From assembly GCF_004010195.1 (NCBI RefSeq), contig NW_025215356.1:1-64000 (forward strand): DNA of 64,000 bases. The letters are read 5' to 3'. The first letter of the stretch is position 1; each line of letters starts with the position of its first letter. This DNA is from Chiloscyllium plagiosum (lineage: Eukaryota). A model generated the notes under the pieces. The model did no database searches and had not been told where the DNA came from. It saw only the letters and a list, made by a program, of their open reading frames with translations. Shown piece after piece: positions 51,061 through 64,000 of the stretch. Both the position numbers and the translations under genes were made by a program.

Positions 51061-54001
51061 AGATGACAGGTACTTAAAGTATTTCAGTCCCTGGCTCAGA
51101 GTAGAACTCTCAGCCAAGAGACTGAGCTGAATGTCTGGAATGACACTCCAGTGCAATGATGAAGGTGGTTTGCACTGCCAGAGGTGACATTTTGTGGATG
51201 CGACCTTGTCTGCACACTTCAGTGGACATAAAATTTTTATCCCTTAACTAACACCAGCAAAAGTGATCATCTGGCTACCACTTTGCTGTTTGAGAGAGGT
51301 CTATGCAGAACCATAGCACACAGACTGCCATTCAGCCCACCTTGCCTGCACTGGCTTTTTGAAACAGCTCTCCAATAGTCTCAGCCTCTGCCCTTAGCCT
51401 GCGATTTTGCTTTTCCCCTTTGCATATTTATGAATTTGTCCTTTGAAAGTTACTGCTGAATGCATTTCGACTGCCTTTTCAAGCAAAGCACTGCAGATCA
51501 CAATCGAAAAAAAGTTTGAAATAAACACAACGGCTCCTTATACATTACTTCTGCACTCGTCTAAAGGAAGCAGTTTTGACTAAAACATTAACATTATGGG
51601 CCTGCTGATAACTTTTGCAATAGTACCAACAGAATCAAAAGCTTGCTGCAAAACGCACTTGCTGACAAGTGCGGAGGGTGTCCATTGCAGGGTTTATTAG
51701 CACAGCCTCTCTGCAAAACCCCTGATCTTTCCTCTGCAACAGGAAACCCGCAAGCCAAATCTTGCTACAGTTTAAGGGAAGCTGTCTGACTGTGCCTTCT
51801 CCAAGTGCAACTGTGTTACACAGTGAAAACAGAAGCAAAAACACACTAAGATCCAACCCTTGAATTCCAGTGTTTGTCAACGGCTTTTCATCAGGGCAAG
51901 TCCAGCCATGATCTGGGTATATTCTTCAGAATAATGTCCCTTCATTTTCAATTAATGAATACGAAAAGAGGAATTTTAGGCAATTTGCCCTAGATCAAGT
52001 TCTCTGCAATTCTGTTGTAAAGCTACATATTAAAGGAAGAGGCCACAAAAAACGTTGTGGGTTTAAGTCAGTTTTATAACTATCAGTTTTAGTTAACCCA
52101 CTCCCTCCTTTAATCTGATGTGGGCAGACACTCAATATTTTGGTAGGTGCCAGCCAGAGCTCAGCAAAACAGGTCCAGCTTGAGTCTGAAGGTTGTGGCT
52201 GGAGTACCACTCCAAAAACTTTCAACACAAAATCTAGGCTGATAGTTCAGCACTCCCTTGTTACTGTGCTGGAGTGTCAGGAGGTGCTTAAAACTTAGCC
52301 CCCTCAGGTGCTCTTTGAGGCAAAGTGGGAAAGCTCTCCTCCTCTCAGCTTTCAAGTCTCATCAACACAGCAAATAACGTCAACACGGTTAATGCAGTCC
52401 TGCCAGCATGGATACAAGTAACAGCAATCAGACACAACTCGGTCAATAAGCTCAATAAACTTCAATGACAATTGAAATTATTCATCTAGTCTCCCGTTCA
52501 GTTCTGCTAAGGCTGTACAGCCTTCACAGTGCATCATGAATTAAAAACAACATGCTCCCAGCCCTGTCCCTCAGTCTGACCCCGAAAGACTACCTTTTTA
52601 GTTTATGTATTTACGACTGCAGACTGAATTGGAAAAAGAATGGTTTTAAAGCTAAAGATTACTGAGGATTGCTACACCTTTTAAAAGCAATTCACATGAC
52701 ACTCATCATAAATAGTTGCTGATTTAAGCAGTAGTGTGAGCCGAACGTGCAGATAAATTAGAGCCAAGGGGTGTGTACAAATGGATCTTTGGCTGGCAAC
52801 AAAAAGCTGGCTGATCTGTCAACTAGTGGCTAGTTTTTGATGAAAAGGCTTTCTGCTTGTGATTGGCACCCAGATAATTAAACAGCTCGCAGGTATGAAT
52901 GGGATAATCAGAAGCAAATGGATCTCCACAAAGGCAGAAGGTACCTCTTTCCTCTATAGTAGGCCTGAAAAGACACAGTTTATTTTCCCTTTCCAGTTGA
53001 TGAGGGCTTTTAAATGATATTAAGCAGGGGCCAGTCACCCTGTGTCTTCTTTAAACAAGTGAAAAGTACTAAAGGAAGAAAGATCAAAAAGCAGCATTCT
53101 GCTAAGTACAGGGCTCATCTCAGCAAATCCTGCAGACAGGGCCCTCTGAACTACCTTCCCAGTCTTTCCTTCTGCCCAGAACACACATTTTGTGTGCATT
53201 TGAATGTGTGCACAGAGGGGTGTTTATATGGGATTGGAATTTTAAGTACTAGACTTCTTTGTTAACGCCTCATATTTGTTTATCTGTAGCCAGAATCTAT
53301 TCATTTGTAATAAATAATAATACTTGTTAAGTGTAGAAACCTGGCCCATGCTTTCTGACCTTGGTCTGAAAACCAAGTAAACCAGAGAATTGCAAAAACT
53401 TTCATGAAATTTTTAACTTTTATTCCAACTCTAGGAATAGTGGGGCTTATTTCTTGCGTGCTACCCTAGTGAGGCATTTCACAATAACAATCTGCATTTA
53501 TAAAGCTCCTTTAATACAATGTCACAAGGCTCTTCATAGATGTTTTTTTTTTAAAAAATGGCACTGATCCCCAAGTTAGCATAAGTGATCAAAAGACAGA
53601 TCATAGAGGTTAGCTTTAAGAGATACCTTAAGTGAGGAGAGGTAGACAGGGAGGCAGAGATTGGAGGAAATTCCAGAGTTCAGGACCCAGGTAGGTGACA
53701 GCACGGCTGCCAATTATAGAATGAAAGATATTGGAAATGCTCAAGAAGCCAGAACTAGAGGAGCGCAGAAGTTGTGGAGTGGAGGGTTGAGGGAGGTTAG
53801 AGAGAAAGGGAAGGGATGAGACCATGGAGCATTTGAATACAAAACTGAATTTTAAGTTCAAGGTATTGTTTAAACTAGGAGATCCTGTAGGTCAGGAAAC
53901 ACAATGGGCATTAGGTGGTTATACAGTCATAGAGATGTACAGCACGGAAACAGACCCTTCAGTCCAACTTGTACATGCCGACTAAATAGTCCTACCCAAT
54001 C

Positions 54002-54643
54002 CGCCACCTCCAAACAGACCCCAGCACCAAGGATATATTTCCCTCGCCTCCCCTATCAGCTTTCCGTAGAGACCACTCCCTCCGCGACTCCCTTGTCAGA
54101 TCCACACCCCCCACCGACCCAACCTCCACTCCCGGAACCTTCCCTTGCAACCGCAGGAGGTGCAACACTTGCGCCCACACCTCCCCCCTCATATTTATAT
54201 GTACAGAAACAGACACATACCACCACGTGAGGCCAGGGTGTTGCCATCGTATGAGAAGCTAAGACAGGAGGTGTCACTGCCAGGAGCATGTGCCTGTCGA
54301 TTATGAAACTTCGTATGAACCTATGGTATGAATGAACAAAGATTAACAGAACATAATCAGAACATCAGCCACAGCTGTCTGCTCAACATCTGCTTCAAAC
54401 ATGACTGTACACGATCAGAGGCATCATACCCGAGATTTCCTTCATGCTCAAACAGCAATGTCCGACAGAGGCATCCCCAGGAGATCACTCTGTGAAACTC
54501 AAGCTGGCTTGTCTGACTTATTGGTCTGAATTTTTCAAACAAACAACCTAGCCAAGCTTTCAATTCACCCCGACTCCCCAAAATCCACTGTTCCAGCAAT
54601 AAAGTTTCAACTTTGATCTCCAGCATCTGCAGACCTCACTTTC
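54002..54643 (+). mobile_element. Composite Neptune-type PLE insertion
   Basis: 12-bp TSD tcctacccaatc (53990-54001 and 54644-54655). The 5' part encodes DIFPSPPLSAFRRDHSLRDSLVRS and, after a frameshift, GTFPCNRRRCNTC. The 3' end is the pLTR terminus. Confidence 0.7.
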
Positions 54644-55654
54644 TCCTACCCAATCTAGTCCCATCTACTTGCACTCGAGTATTAAAATTCCCTTGAAACA
54701 TGAACAGCTGAAATGAAGACTTGGTCCATTGGTGCTGTGTGTGTGTGTATGTTTTGGTCTTAATGTCTACTCCTATTCTCAAACTATATGATTAACTGGA
54801 TTGTAGATGATCGAAGGCAGGAGTCAAAACCCCTTGGTTGTCGAATTAATGTGCGGGTGCCTGAGTTTTGAATACAATCAAGATAGCAGACTGCGATTCT
54901 GGGCTGGAAAATATTGAAGTAATCAAACTCGACAGTAACAGCAGCACAAACGAGGGCTTCACTACCAATAGGCTGAGAGAAAGACAGGAAATAGCTACGT
55001 AGTTGGAGACTAGAGCAAGGTGGTCAAATAAACAACACTGAAACAAAGATTTGCATTCAGGCAGCCCTTTCCATGATATCACTAAGCTCAATCAGCTGAG
55101 TCAATCAAGTGTTTTGAATTAAACCCCCTGTGGGATGGCAGGAAATACAGTAGTCAATTTGTACAGAGTATGGTCCCACAGCCAGCAATGTGATAATGAT
55201 ATTTTTTTTTTAAAATGGTACTGATTGCATGACAAACCCTTGTTCACATAGCATATCCAGAAATTACATCAAACCTCATCACACTAAGATGACAAGGAGT
55301 AAAAGTTGATGCTCCCAATTAGGGAAGAGAAGGGACACAGGGAGATTATTGTATTAAGGTAAATCCATTCTTTTCTATAAAGCCATTGTAAATATGCATT
55401 TCTTTTGGAATGAAGTAGTTTGAATCAAAATAAAATGCAAAGCCATTTAAAACTAAGGCATTCATCTGAGGGTTGAAAAGAAAGTGGTTTTTAATTCAAA
55501 AGTTGCAGACATTCCAGACATCACTTGTCCTGGGAGGGCTTTCTGTAATTTAAAATGATCTGGAAACATTTACTGCAACACATCTCTTGGCATTTATTTT
55601 TCCAGACAAAGTTCACATCCAACATGGATTAAGACTTCAATTAAGTCAGTCACG

Positions 55655-56095
55655 GTGAAATTGCACATGTAGCGCTCTCACTACCAAACCAGAAGGGCAT
55701 GCTTTCTAGACTCATTCCAGGGATGTGACCACAGAACTTAGCCTTACACCCATGTGTACTGCAGAACGAATGCTGCACTGGAGAAGGTGCAGTCTTCTGG
55801 AGGAGTCATTTAACATTGACCTGGCCAGCTTTCTCAGGCAGATGAAGATGCTCCCGTAATGTTAATGAGAGAAATAAAGTGGCTGTTCCGGTGACCGGGC
55901 CTCTCTGTCTCTCAACAAAGACAATTTTGTTTTAAAATATGATCTGGCCATTATCACATTGCTGTTTATAGGGGCTTGCTGTGCACGATTTGGTTGCCTC
56001 ATTAGCTACATCACAACAGTGACAATGCATCTAATATACTGAACTGGCTGTAAAACACTTTGAACACCCTGAAGTGGTGAAAGGCATTGTAAGTC
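55655..56095 (+). mobile_element. Deu-domain SINE, degenerate
   Basis: Homologous to 1165-1610. Confidence 0.55.
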
Positions 56096-58159
56096 TCTAA
56101 CCTCTTCCCAATGTAACAAGAAGAAGGGACAAAATCAAAATAGGTGAGACATGTATTTACAAAAATAATTCAGACCGTAGGAGCTTTTAGCGTCGGTCTC
56201 TGTGCTGGAAGACAGACATAAACTCAATTGTTGGGAAAAGTTAGTTTAGCATTGATATTAAAGTCATACCGCATGGAAAATGGCCCTTCAGCCCAACCCG
56301 TCCATGCCAACCAGGTCTTCTAAACTGAACAAGTCCCATTTGCCTGTGATTGGCCCATATCCCTCTAAACCTTTCCCATCCATGTACCTGTCCAAATGTC
56401 TTTTAAATGTTTTAATTGTTATCATTTAACCTTTCCCCAAATTTGATCATGAAATAATTTCATCAGTCACTGTGGGTCATAGACGACAGTTAAGGAGGGG
56501 ATCAAATCCATCTGGTGAAACCATGCCTCTCATTCGTTACTTATTAATAAAATATGTTTAAGGATTTTGCAGCTAAGAGGAAATAGCTCATTATTCAAGC
56601 CCAAGTCACTGATCAGGACTTAGATAATTCCTGTTCAAAATGCTCAACCTTCCGTGGCTGTGTGAAATACATACAATTATAAAACATACTCATTAATTGA
56701 AAAAAAAAATCAGAGGTTGACAACACAGAAAAGTATCCTTCAGCCCATCAAGCCTATGCCCGTCAAAACAAGCGCAGAACTATTCTATCCCATTTTCCAG
56801 CATTTGGCCATAGCCTTGAGTGCCTTGGCATTGCAAGTGCACATCCAAATACTTAAATGTTATGAGGTGTTCCACCTCTGGCACACTTAGAGTTCCAGAT
56901 TCCCACTGCCCTCTGGGTGGAAAAGAATCTTTCCTCATGTCTCCTACAAACCTCCTGCCTCTTATCTGAAATCAATGCTCCCTAGCCACTGATGCCTTCA
57001 CCAAGGCAAAAAAAAAACACATACATACTAAAAATAAGCAAAAGGATTGCTCCAGCTGGAGGATTTTGAAAACAGTCGATGAGCATGTTGCCAGGGTTGG
57101 AGGATTTGAGCTATAGGGAGGGGTGGACTGGGCTGCCAGAGGAATGGTGAATCACAACATTTAAAAGGCATCTGGATGGGTATATGAATAGGAAGGGGTT
57201 GGATGGATGGATATCTGGTCGGCATGGATGAGTTGGACCAAGAGGCTGTTTCCATGCCAACATTTCTATGACTCTATTTGCCACAGCAAGCAAAGTCACA
57301 GAAGGAATAATTTACAGTACTTGAATTGAATTAACCTTTTCCGGCCTACAGCAGCCCAAACATTATCACCATCTTTTGTCTGCTACCATTTTACCTGGGG
57401 TCACCGCAATATTGGTTATTGACTCTTCTCCATCATGTCTTGTCAGTTATCCATGCATTCCTCTGCCAAAGATGTTGCTTTTAAATCTCTCCTAGGACCA
57501 ATTGTGTGCACTTGCTGGCTAGCAACACGTCTAAATCTTGAATTTGTGCAAACCTACTTCAGATTATAATTTGTAGATAATAAAGTGAAACCTGCACCTT
57601 AACATTCTGCAGCTGCAAGATTTGAGTAGGTTGACTTTCAAGGGATGTACTGAAAGAACAGCCTAATGGAATCAAGAATTATCGGGGAAAAAAACAGGAA
57701 GGGGGAGTTGAGGGGTGTTCAATCTGCCATGATCTCATTAAATGAGAGAGCAGACTCAATGAGCTCAATGGCCTCTGATCCTAGACCTTACAGTCTAATT
57801 AAGGACCACTGAAAGCAGATCCTCAATAACCGACTCAGACAGACCCTCTGTGTTGGGAATATATAGGAGGCAACTCAGTGTGACCTACTACAGAGTAGAG
57901 CCAGAGTTGAGCGTTTGAAGTTATACAATGGAGGAAGAACAGGGGTATTTGACTGCTTTTGCTAAATATAACTGGTGATTGCTGAGTAGGATTGGCAAGT
58001 ATTTCTATTTTTGAATCTTTAGAAGTCAAGTTTTTTTCCTCTTTTTCTGAAAAATCGCTAGTTAGGTGTGACATCGACACTGGTATATTAGAAAAGGGTA
58101 AAATAACAATAAAATGTTAAGGGTGGGGATTCTTCAGTATATGGAGCAGGGATACAAAA

Positions 58160-59000
58160 GGGAGATAATTAATAATAAATAAAATACAATGGGATGTCAG
58201 TTTGTGTGGTGCTTTGTAGCTGCAGTATGTGGGAGCTGCTGGACACCAAGATGATCCACAATGAACACGTCAGTAGCAAGAGTTTGTGGTTCAAGCAACT
58301 ACAGATTGGAGTTGAGGAGCTGGAGTCCAAGCTGCAGATACCAGGAAGATGGAAAGTTATTTTGCTCCAAGAGATGATCACATGCTTTAGATTAGTTAAT
58401 TCAAACTTATTCTGTGATCAAGGAAAGAATGGTATGTTCAGAGGCAAGACAGGTATGGAGACCAAAGGGAAGATCTGGAGGAATTTCTGTCCCTGCAACT
58501 ATCCAACAGTCCTTGCAAACTGCAGATGACAGTGAGGTCTCCAGGCAGGATGACTGAACTAACCATTGGCTACCTGTACAATGCATTGAAGTAGTGAGAG
58601 GAGGTAAGAATATAGGAGTGGTAGGGGACAGTATAATTAGGGAGACAAACTATTTTCTGCATCCCCAAGCATTACTCTCAAATATTTAGCTGCCTGTCTG
58701 GTACCATAGTTAAAGACATCCCTCAGGACCAGAGGGGAACTTGGAATGAAGGAGAGAGATCCAGTTTTTATTAGTTCCACAGCTGATGAGACTGTAAAAA
58801 GAGGTTCTGCTGAAAGATTTTTCACAAACAAAGGTAAAAGGTTTAAGCAGAAACTCAGTGGTTATAATCTCAGGGTTTCTACCCAAATCATTGCAGACAG
58901 ACAGTATTTAAAGACAAGTAGTTAAATGTGTGGCTTAAAGATTGGTGTGGGAGAAATGGGTTTCAGTTTGAGGTACAATCACCAGTACTTGGATAAGGGA
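58160..59000 (+). mobile_element. Degenerate CR1 ORF1 region
   Basis: VLCSCSMWELL zinc-knuckle-like start, coiled-coil LQIGVEELES, and VVGDSII esterase-like remnant. Confidence 0.6.
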
Positions 59001-59893
59001 GTCGAAGGGTGGGTCAGTAAATTTGCAGATGATACGAAGATGGTGGAGTTGTGGATAGTGAGGAGGGCTGTTGTCAGCTGCAAAGGGACTTAGATTTGAT
59101 GCAGAGCTGGGCTGAGGAGTGGCAGATAGAGTTCAACCCTGCCAAGTGTGAGGTTGTCCATTTTGGAAAGACAAATAAGAATGCGGAATACAGGGTTAAC
59201 GGTAGGGTTCTTAGTGAGGTGGAGGAACAGAGGGATCTTGGGGCCTATGTTCATAGATCTTTGAAAGTTGCCACTCAGGTGGATAGAGATTGTAAGAAGG
59301 CCTATGGTGTATTAGCATTCATTAGCAGAGGGATTGAATTCAAGAATCGTGAGGTGATGTTGTAGCTGTATAGGACCTTGGTAAGGCCACATTTGGAGTA
59401 CTGTGTGCAGTCCTGGTTGCCTCATTTTAGGAAAGATGTGGAAGCTTTGGAGAGGGTGCAGAGAAGATTTACCAGGATGTTGCCTGAAATGGAGAATAGG
59501 TCGTACGAGGATAGGTTGAGAGTACTAGGCCTTTTCTCATTGGAACGGCGAAGGATGAGGGGTGACTTGATAGAGGTTTATAAGATGATCAGAGGAATAG
59601 ATAGAGTAGACAGTCAGACTTTTTCCCCAGGTACAACAGACTGTTACAAGGGGGCATAAATTTAAGGTGAAGGATGGAAGGTATAGGGGAGATGTCAAGG
59701 GTGGGTTCTTTACCCAGAGAGTGGTGGGGGCATGGAATGCGCTGCCTGTGGGAGTGGTAGAGTCAGAATCTTTGGTGACCTTTAAGCGGCAATTGGATAG
59801 GTACATGGATGGGTGCTTAAGCTAGGACAAATGTTCGGCACAACATCGTGGGCCGAAGGGCCTGTTCTGTGCTGTATTGTTCTATGTTCTATG
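59001..59893 (+). mobile_element. Young 5'-truncated CR1 (RT C-terminus and 3' tail)
   Basis: KFADDTK, ORFs 59051..59365 and 59378..59659, (TTCTATG)n tail. Confidence 0.93.
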
Positions 59894-60174
59894 TACTGGA
59901 GTAGAAGAGAGCTGTTCTGGTCAGACAGGCTTCACTTAAACCAATGGCTGGGACCAGTGTCCTGGAGAATCAAATAGCTAGGGAGGTAGGGAGGGCATTA
60001 AACTAATTAGGGAAAGAGGGAATGCATACATTAGAAAGCAAAAGCATGTTGTGGCATTGTACGGCAAATACTTTGAAGATGATACTCAGAATGGGAATAC
60101 GAGTATTGTAAAACTTACAGATTTGTGGTCACTATTCCAAAGGAATCCCCCACTGCAACCTCTACCACCTGGCC

Positions 60175-61640
60175 TGGCTCATTCCCCAACACCAGGTCCA
60201 ATATGGCTCCCTCCCCTAGTTGGACTATTGACATACTGATCTAGAAAACTTTGCTGGCTGCTCCTTACAAATTCTGCCCGATCCAGACCTCTGACACTAA
60301 GTATATCCCAGCCAACTTTGGGAAAATTAAAATCTCCCATCATCACCACCCTGTTGCCTCTACATCTTTCCATAAACTGTTGACCTATTTGTTCTTCTAC
60401 CTCACGCTCACTGTTGGGAGGCCTGTAATACAGCCCCACCAATCTAGCTGCACCCTTATTTCTCAGCTCTACCCATAATGCCTCACTGCTCAAGAACTCC
60501 ATCGTGTCCTCCTTTAGCACACAGCGGAGATAACATCCCTGACCAGCAATGCAACTCCTCCCCTCTTTTACTTCCCTCCCTGTCCTGTCTGAAGCATCTA
60601 GTTGCCAATCATGCCCTTCCTTCAACAAATTCTCTGTGATCACAATAACGTCATATTCCCAGGCACCAAAGAAGCCCTAAGTTCATCTGCCTTACCCACT
60701 ATACTCCTTGCATTAAAGTAAATGCACTTCAGACCACCAGTTCCTTTGCATTCATCTGCTCTCTGCCTACTCTTCCCCTTGGTAATGCTAACTTCATGAT
60801 CCTTACAGTCTCTAGTTTCAACCTCGCTGTCTCCTAGTCTTCTCTTCTGGTTTCCAGCCGCCTGCTACATTAGTTTAAACCCTCCCCAACAGCAGTAGCA
60901 AAAACTCCCCTAAGGACATTAGTTCCAGTCTGGTTCAGGTGTAGACCGTCCAATTTGTAATAGTCCCACCTTCACCAGAACTGGACCAAATGTCCCACAA
61001 ATCTGAACGCTTCTGTCTTACACCATCCCTTAAGCCACGTGCTCACCCTGTCTATACATTCATTTCTACACTGGTTAGCACATGGCACTGGTAGCAATCC
61101 TGATATCAATACCTTTGAGGTCCTCCTCTTTAACTTCTCTCCTAGCTCCCTGAATTCAGCTTTCAGGACCTCATCTCATTTTTTACTTATATCATTGGTG
61201 CCTATATGCACCACGACAACTGGCTGTTCACCCTCCCCTTTCAGAATGCTCTGTAACTGATCGGTGATATCCCTGACCTGAGCACCTGGGAGGCGACATA
61301 CTGTCTGGGAATCTGGTTTTCAGCCACAGATCTGCCTATGTACTCGCCTTACAGTAGAATCCCCTATGACTATGGCCCTACGAGTCTTTTTCCTGCCCTT
61401 CTGAACAGCAGAGCCCGCCACGGTGCCATGATCTTGGCAACTGCTGCCCTCCCCTGGTGAACCATCATCCCCAACGATACACCTGTTTTGGAGGGAGATG
61501 ACCGCAGGGGACATCTCCCTACTCTTTCTCTGGCTTTTGGTCACCCATTCGCCGTCTCCCTCAACAATTCTCATCTGTGGTGTGACCAATTCACTAGACG
61601 TGCTATCTACAACCTCCTCAGCATTGTGGATGCTACACAG
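60175..61640 (-). mobile_element. CR1 ORF1 esterase region and ORF2 AP endonuclease fragment
   Basis: AIVIGDSTVR (ORF1). GLYYRPPNS and GDFNFP (APE). Confidence 0.88.
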
Positions 61641-62414
61641 TTGGAGTAAGGGAGTATTTTCCAAATGCAACCTTTAATTTATGCAGTGTCACATGGATCG
61701 TAGCTGGGGCCACAATTACTTGTAACAAAAATTAATGATAGATGGAGAAAATAAATTTACTATCACATTTATGAATGACAGAAAAATAGGTGAGAAGGCA
61801 AGTAATGACGATGACACGAGTCTACAGAGGGACACAGGCAGATTGAGTAGACAAAAACCGTGGTATTTGAAACAATGTTGGAAAATGTAACTTTGACACA
61901 AAGAATAAATCTTACTTCAATGGAGAAAGTGTGTACAAAGCTGCACACAAAGATTTGAGAGTCCTCATGCATGAGTCACAAAAAACAAGCATCCTTTTAG
62001 CAGGAAATGCAGAAGCAAATTGACTGTCCGCAATTTACAAACATTCATACTTAAAAGCAAGGTCCCACACATGGGTGCAATTTTGAAGACCCAACAGACT
62101 AACATTTCCTGTACTTACAAAAAGCTACTTTACATTGTCTTGTATTGTGTTTGATTGAATGGCGGAGTGGACTCGATGGGCCGAATGGCCTTACTTCCAC
62201 TCCTATGTCTTATGGTCTTATGGTGTTCCGTCTTATATTCAAATCGTCTTAAGCTCAGCTCCAGAGTGGAAACCCTTCACAAGTCAGGGACTGCCTGTAC
62301 TGCGAAAAGTATTTTAGCATTGGAGGTAGTTGGGAGAAGGTTAATTCAGGGAACGGATGAATTTTCTTATGAGGAGCAGTTGAACACGTTGGGACTGAAT
62401 GATGGTATGGGATG

Positions 62415-62755
62415 GACCAGATCTAAAATTTGAAGTTCAAATTGGAGAAAGGCCAATTTTGACGGTATTAGGCAAGAACTTTCAAAAGCTGACTGGGGGC
62501 AGATGTTCACAGGTAAAGGGACAGCTGGAAAATGGGAAGCCTTCAGAAATGAGAGTCCAGAGAAAGCATATTCCTGTTAGGGTGAAAGGGAAGGCTGGTA
62601 GGTATAGGGAATGCTGGATGACGGAAGAAATTGAGGGTTTGGTTAAGAAAAGGAGAAAGCATATGTCAGGTATAGACAGGATAGATCAAGTGAATACTTA
62701 GAAGAGTATAAAGGCAATAGGAGTATACTTAAGAGGGAAATCAGGAGGGCAATAC
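62415..62755 (+). mobile_element. CR1 ORF2 linker fragment
   Basis: Homologous to ~17020-17340. Confidence 0.8.
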
Positions 62756-63072
62756 AGGGGTGGCTGATGGGATCTAACTCGATGTGTGCGTTGATAGAGT
62801 TCTGGTTGAAATTATCTATCAACTAACACATTGAGTTAGACCCCCATATACCACTCCCTGAGAAATAGAACAGGAAATGATGTCACCACAGGAAATGCCA
62901 TCACCAACCCAAACATATAAATAGAAAGCAGGAATTATCAAGTGCTTCGCCCAGAGGTCCACAAAATATTACCCAATAGGGTGATGAAACATCTGGAAAT
63001 GAACCTTCCAGCTCAGCGAACAAACCTACATCCAGAACCTCAACCTGAGCTACAAATCTTCTCAAAACTTGC
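62756..63072 (+). mobile_element. PLE 3' fragment with inverted 5' segment
   Basis: Homologous to ~9720-9980. tctaactcgatgtg..gttgatag / ctatcaac..cacattgagttaga fold-back. Confidence 0.75.
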
Positions 63073-63704
63073 CAAGAGGGCATAATCTCACTGAATTGGA
63101 AGAGTTCATTACAACAGAGGATTGTCAAAGCTGAGTTGTTATGTATAGTCAAGACTGAGATAGACAATTTTTAACCATTAAGGCAATCAAAAGTTGCAGA
63201 GTTAAGGCAGGAAAGTGGATTTAAGGATAATCAGATCATACATGATCTCCTAGAATAGTGAAGCAGACTTGATGGACAAATAGCCTCCTGCGTCAGCGTC
63301 ATATGGCAAGTGTACCTTTCTGTCTAGTCTCCAGTCTTCACCTGCCCCTCCTTCCCAGCACTTCTCTCACCAGATTTCCCCTCTGTTTACGCCAGACAAT
63401 GTCATTTCAATATCTTTTCAACTTCTTCCTTCAATGCTCCCACAATCTTCACTGACCCATGCTGTGCTGGTTCCTGAACACATTCCTTCCCATTACTCCT
63501 TACATGCACCTCAGCATCTGCATCACATTCGTATCCATTCATTATATCATCTTAAAGTTGCCCAAATTTTTGTACTGTACAGGTCAGCTTGTCTCAACTG
63601 TCTTGTACATTTTTTCAGTTTCAGCAATACCTTGCCCTAACACACCACTATACTCTTCCAATTAGTACAAGATCGAATCCATTGCTTAATTTGCATCTAT
63701 CACA

Positions 63705-64000
63705 ACTTAATGGTCAGGTCCTGAGGGAGTGTTGCTGAACAAAGAGACCTTGGAGTGCAGGTTCATAGTTCCTTGAAAATGGAGTCGCAAATAGATAAGA
63801 TAGCGAAGAAGGCGTTTAGTATGTTTTCCTTCATATAGGAGTTAGGAGGTCATGTTGCGGCTCTGTAGGACATTGGTTAGGCTACTTTTAGAATATTGTG
63901 TGCAGTTCTCATCTCTCTCCAATAGGAAGGATGTTGTGAAACTTGAAAGGGTTCAGAAAAGATTTGCAAGTGTGTTGCCATGGTTGGAGGGTTTGAGCTA
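63705..64000 (+). mobile_element. CR1 RT C-terminal fragment (runs off the window)
   Basis: gagaccttggagtgcaggttcatag... and ttgtgtgcagttct motifs. Confidence 0.8.

Noticed and set aside
51795..51805. Minus-strand LGEG resembling the end of STK4 exon 2
   Set aside because: Upstream residues (SLCNTVA) do not match FDVLEK and there is no proper donor. Chance match.
52600..53483. LTR-like tract ending ...tttcaca with AATAAA (similar tract at ~49660-50090)
   Set aside because: No defined 5' end or TSD, so it cannot be supported as a feature.

Overview
Vertebrate genomic DNA, almost certainly from an elasmobranch (shark), judging by HE1/V-SINEs, Deu-domain SINEs and shark-type CR1 and Penelope repeats. 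The window lies inside one minus-strand gene, the Hippo-pathway kinase STK4/MST1 (STK3 less likely). Seven consecutive coding exons, equivalent to human exons 3-9 (45455 down to 20459), splice into an intact frame. Exons 1-2 and 10-11 were not found and probably lie outside the window. The introns are packed with CR1 LINE fragments, SINEs, Penelope-like elements (PLEs) and solo LTRs. Most notable observations: (1) a candidate frame-preserving 54-nt cassette exon (23083-23136) followed by clustered UGCAUG/RBFOX motifs, which would insert a basic 18-aa peptide just before the caspase site; (2) a GC-AG intron after exon 6; (3) a head-to-tail array of six tRNA-SINE monomers at one CR1 site; (4) a near-perfect 171-bp inverted templated insertion; (5) several PLE-derived, often palindromic mini-elements with 12-16 bp TSDs and hammerhead-ribozyme cores; (6) two clean solo LTRs, one only 46 nt from the exon 9 acceptor. 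Repeat boundaries are approximate unless a TSD is quoted, and repeat family names come from recognition, not database searches.
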